From: Eledone cirrhosa | Lineage: Eukaryota | Assembly (NCBI GenBank): GCA_964016885.1 | Contig: OZ024751.1 | Coordinates: forward strand, 1,736,001-1,800,000 | Length of the DNA stretch: 64,000 bases | Direction: 5' to 3' | Part shown: in pieces, positions 62,120-64,000 of the stretch | Layout of the letters: every line of letters starts with the position of its first letter | Numbering within the stretch: the stretch's first letter is position 1 | Made by a program: the position numbers and the translations under genes | Notes under the pieces: generated by a model | Told to the model about the DNA's origin: nothing | Database searches by the model: none | What the model saw: the letters and a program-made list of their open reading frames with translations, nothing else

Positions 62120-64000
62120 TGTTGTTGGTGTTGTTAGTGTTACTGTTGTTGGTGTTGTTGCTGTTACTGTTGTTGGTGTTGTTGGTGTTTCTGTTGTTGG
62201 TGTTGTTAGTGTTACTGTTGTTGGTGTTGTTAGTGTTACTGTTGTCGGTGTTGTTGGTGTTACTGTTGTTGGTGTTGTTGGTGTTACTTTTGTTGGTGTT
62301 GTTAGTGTTACTGTTGTTGGTGTTGTTAGTGTTACTGTTGTTGGTGTTGTTGGTGTTACTGTTGTTGGTGTTGTTGGTGTTACTGTTGTTGGTGTTATTA
62401 GTGTTAATGTTGTTGGTGTTGTTTGTGTTACTGTTGTTGGTGTTGTTGGTGTTACTGTTGTTGGTGTTATTGGTGTTACTGTTGTTGGTGTTGTTTGTGT
62501 TATTGTTGTTGGTGTTGTTGGTGTTACTGTTGTTGGTGTTATTGGTGTTACTGTTGTTGGTGTTGTTGGTGTTACTGTTGTTGGTGTTGTTAGTGTTACT
62601 GTTGTTGGTGTTGTTAGTGTTACTGTTGTTGGTGTTGTTGGTGTTACTGTTGTTGGTGTTGTTGGTGTTACTGTTGTTGGTGTTGTTAGTGTTACTGTTA
62701 TTGGTGTTGTTAGTGTTACTGTTGTTGTTGTTGTTGGTGTTACTGTTGTTGGTGTTGTTGGTGTTACTGTTGTTGGTGTTATTAGTGTTACTGTTGTTGG
62801 TGTTGTTTGTGTTACTGTTGTTGGTGTTGTTGGTGTTACTGTTGTTGGTGTTATTGGTGTTACTGATGTTGGTGTTGTTGGTGTTACTGTTGTTGGTGTT
62901 GTTGGTGTTACTGTTGTTGGTGTTGTTAGTATTAATGTTGTTGGTGTCGTTGGTGTTACTGTTGTTGGTGTTGGTGGTGTTACTGTTGTTGGTGTTGTTG
63001 GAGTTACTGTTGTTGTTGTTGTTGGTGTTACTGTTGTTGGTGTTATTGGTGTTACTGTTGTTGGTGTTGTTGGTGTTACTGTTGTTGGTGTTGTTAGTAT
63101 TAATGTTGTTGGTGTCGTTGGTGTTACTGTTGTTGGTGTTGGTGGTGTTACTGTTGTTGGTGTTGTTGGTGTTACTGTTGTTGGTGTTGTTCGTGTTACT
63201 GTTGTTGGTGTTGGTGTTGCTGTTGTTGGTGTTGTCAGTGTTACTGTTGTTGGTGTTGTTAGTGTTACTGTTGTTGGTGTTGTTATTGTTACTGTTGTTG
63301 GTGTTATTAGTGTTACTGTTGTTGGTGTTGTTAGTGTTACTGTTGTTGGTGTTGTTGGTGTTACTGTTGTTGGTGTTGTTGGTGTTACTGTTGTTGGTGT
63401 TGTTAGTGTTACTGTTGTTGGTGTTGTTAGTGTTACTGTTGTTGGTTTTGTTGGTGTTACTGTTGTTGGTGTTGTCAGTGTTACTGTTGTTGGTGTTGTT
63501 AGTGTTACTGTTGTTGGTGTTGTTATTGTTACTGTTGTTGGTGTTGCTGGTGTTACTGTTGTTGGTGTTGTTGGTGTTACTGTTGTTGGTGTTGTTTGTG
63601 TTATTGTTGTTGGTGTTGTTGGTGTTACTGTTGTTGGTGTTATTGGTGTTACTGTTGTTGGTGTTGTTGGTGTTACTGTTGTTGGTGTTGTTAGTGTTAC
63701 TGTTGTTGGTGTTGTTAGTGTTACTGTTGTTGGTGTTGTTGGTGTTACTGTTGTTGGTGTTGTTGGTGTTACTGTTGTTGGTGTTGTTAGTGTTACTGTT
63801 GTTGGTGTTGTTAGTGTTACTGTTGTTGTTGTTGTTGGTGTTACTGTTGTTGGTGTTGTTGGTGTTACTGTTGTTGGTGTTATTAGTGTTACTGTTGTTG
63901 GTGTTGTTTGTGTTACTGTTGTTGGTGTTGTTGGTGTTACTGTTGTTGGTGTTATTGGTGTTACTGATGTTGGTGTTGTTGGTGTTACTGTTGTTGGTGT
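62120..64000. repeat. Copy of ~52,870-54,746 at offset 9,254 bp, running off the window end
   Basis: TCT at 52936/62190, TCAGT at 53981/63235, GAT at 54712/63966. Confidence 0.85.

Larger units (their letters stand above)
1..64000. repeat. Tandem satellite/minisatellite array, 24-bp monomer GTTACTGTTGTTGGTGTTGTTGGT (GTTACT + 2x GTTGTTGGT), head-to-tail, single orientation, running off both window ends
   Basis: The monomer is directly visible throughout. The + V-frame reads (VTVVGVVG)n and the - strand reads (TPTTPTTV)n or (TNNTNNSN)n. The consensus is 13 T, 9 G, 1 A, 1 C. Length variants of 15, 21, 27 and 33 bp and many point variants (agt, tgt, att, ttt, ctt, gat, aat, cgt, gtc) are interspersed. 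Confidence 0.99.
1..64000 (-). other. Latent mucin-like Thr/Pro-rich reading frame (TPTTPTTV)n, fragmented by ~55 frameshifts; not callable as a CDS (incidental coding potential or a decayed PTS VNTR)
   Basis: Minus-strand ORFs such as 152..1333, 13176..14777, 19729..21219 and 35166..36335 are pure PTS-type repeat. Most end by shifting into the Q-rich frame (e.g. ...TPQQ*) at a 1-bp deletion. No signal peptide, non-repeat domain, or credible start or exon boundary lies in the window. Confidence 0.2.

Noticed and set aside
1-64000. CRISPR-like or repeat-spacer array
   Set aside because: There are no unique spacers, no palindromic repeat and no cas genes. Monomers abut directly.
1-64000. Telomerase-synthesised telomeric tract (G/T-rich strand)
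   Set aside because: No canonical telomere motif is present, and heavy monomer variation inherited in kb-scale blocks indicates recombinational amplification rather than templated addition. A subtelomeric location cannot be excluded.
1-64000. RIP- or methylation-type TG>TA (CA>TA) mutation signature
   Set aside because: Seven of the nine consensus Gs already follow T, G>T variants are also common, and counts are inflated by duplication, so no bias can be claimed by eye.
1-64000. Pure sequencing or assembly artefact, or synthetic low-complexity sequence
   Set aside because: Hierarchically shared rare variants and slightly diverged duplicate blocks look like an evolved array. Copy number still needs read-level validation.

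Overview
The whole 64-kb window is one uninterrupted tandem array (satellite/giant minisatellite) of a 24-bp monomer, consensus GTTACTGTTGTTGGTGTTGTTGGT, about 2,650-2,700 copies (64,000/24). I saw no unique sequence, and neither array edge is inside the window. The monomer is built from GTT/GGT triplets, so most frames stay open by default, and the long poly-L/V, C/W, T/P and N/T ORFs are by-products of the repeat. The minus strand reads as a mucin-like PTS repeat (TPTTPTTV)n, but about 55 single-base deletions, copied along with larger blocks, break it every ~0.15-4 kb. I cannot call any gene. The informative signal is in the variant monomers. They reveal (i) a recurring ~2.5-3.3-kb higher-order order of variants, (ii) nested tandem duplications from ~0.4 kb up to a ~12.5-kb unit, (iii) regional layers of diagnostic variants, and (iv) frameshifts that are all 1-bp deletions. 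The host is probably a eukaryote (inference only). I found no evidence here for a novel multi-gene system. Counts and boundaries were read by eye and are approximate.
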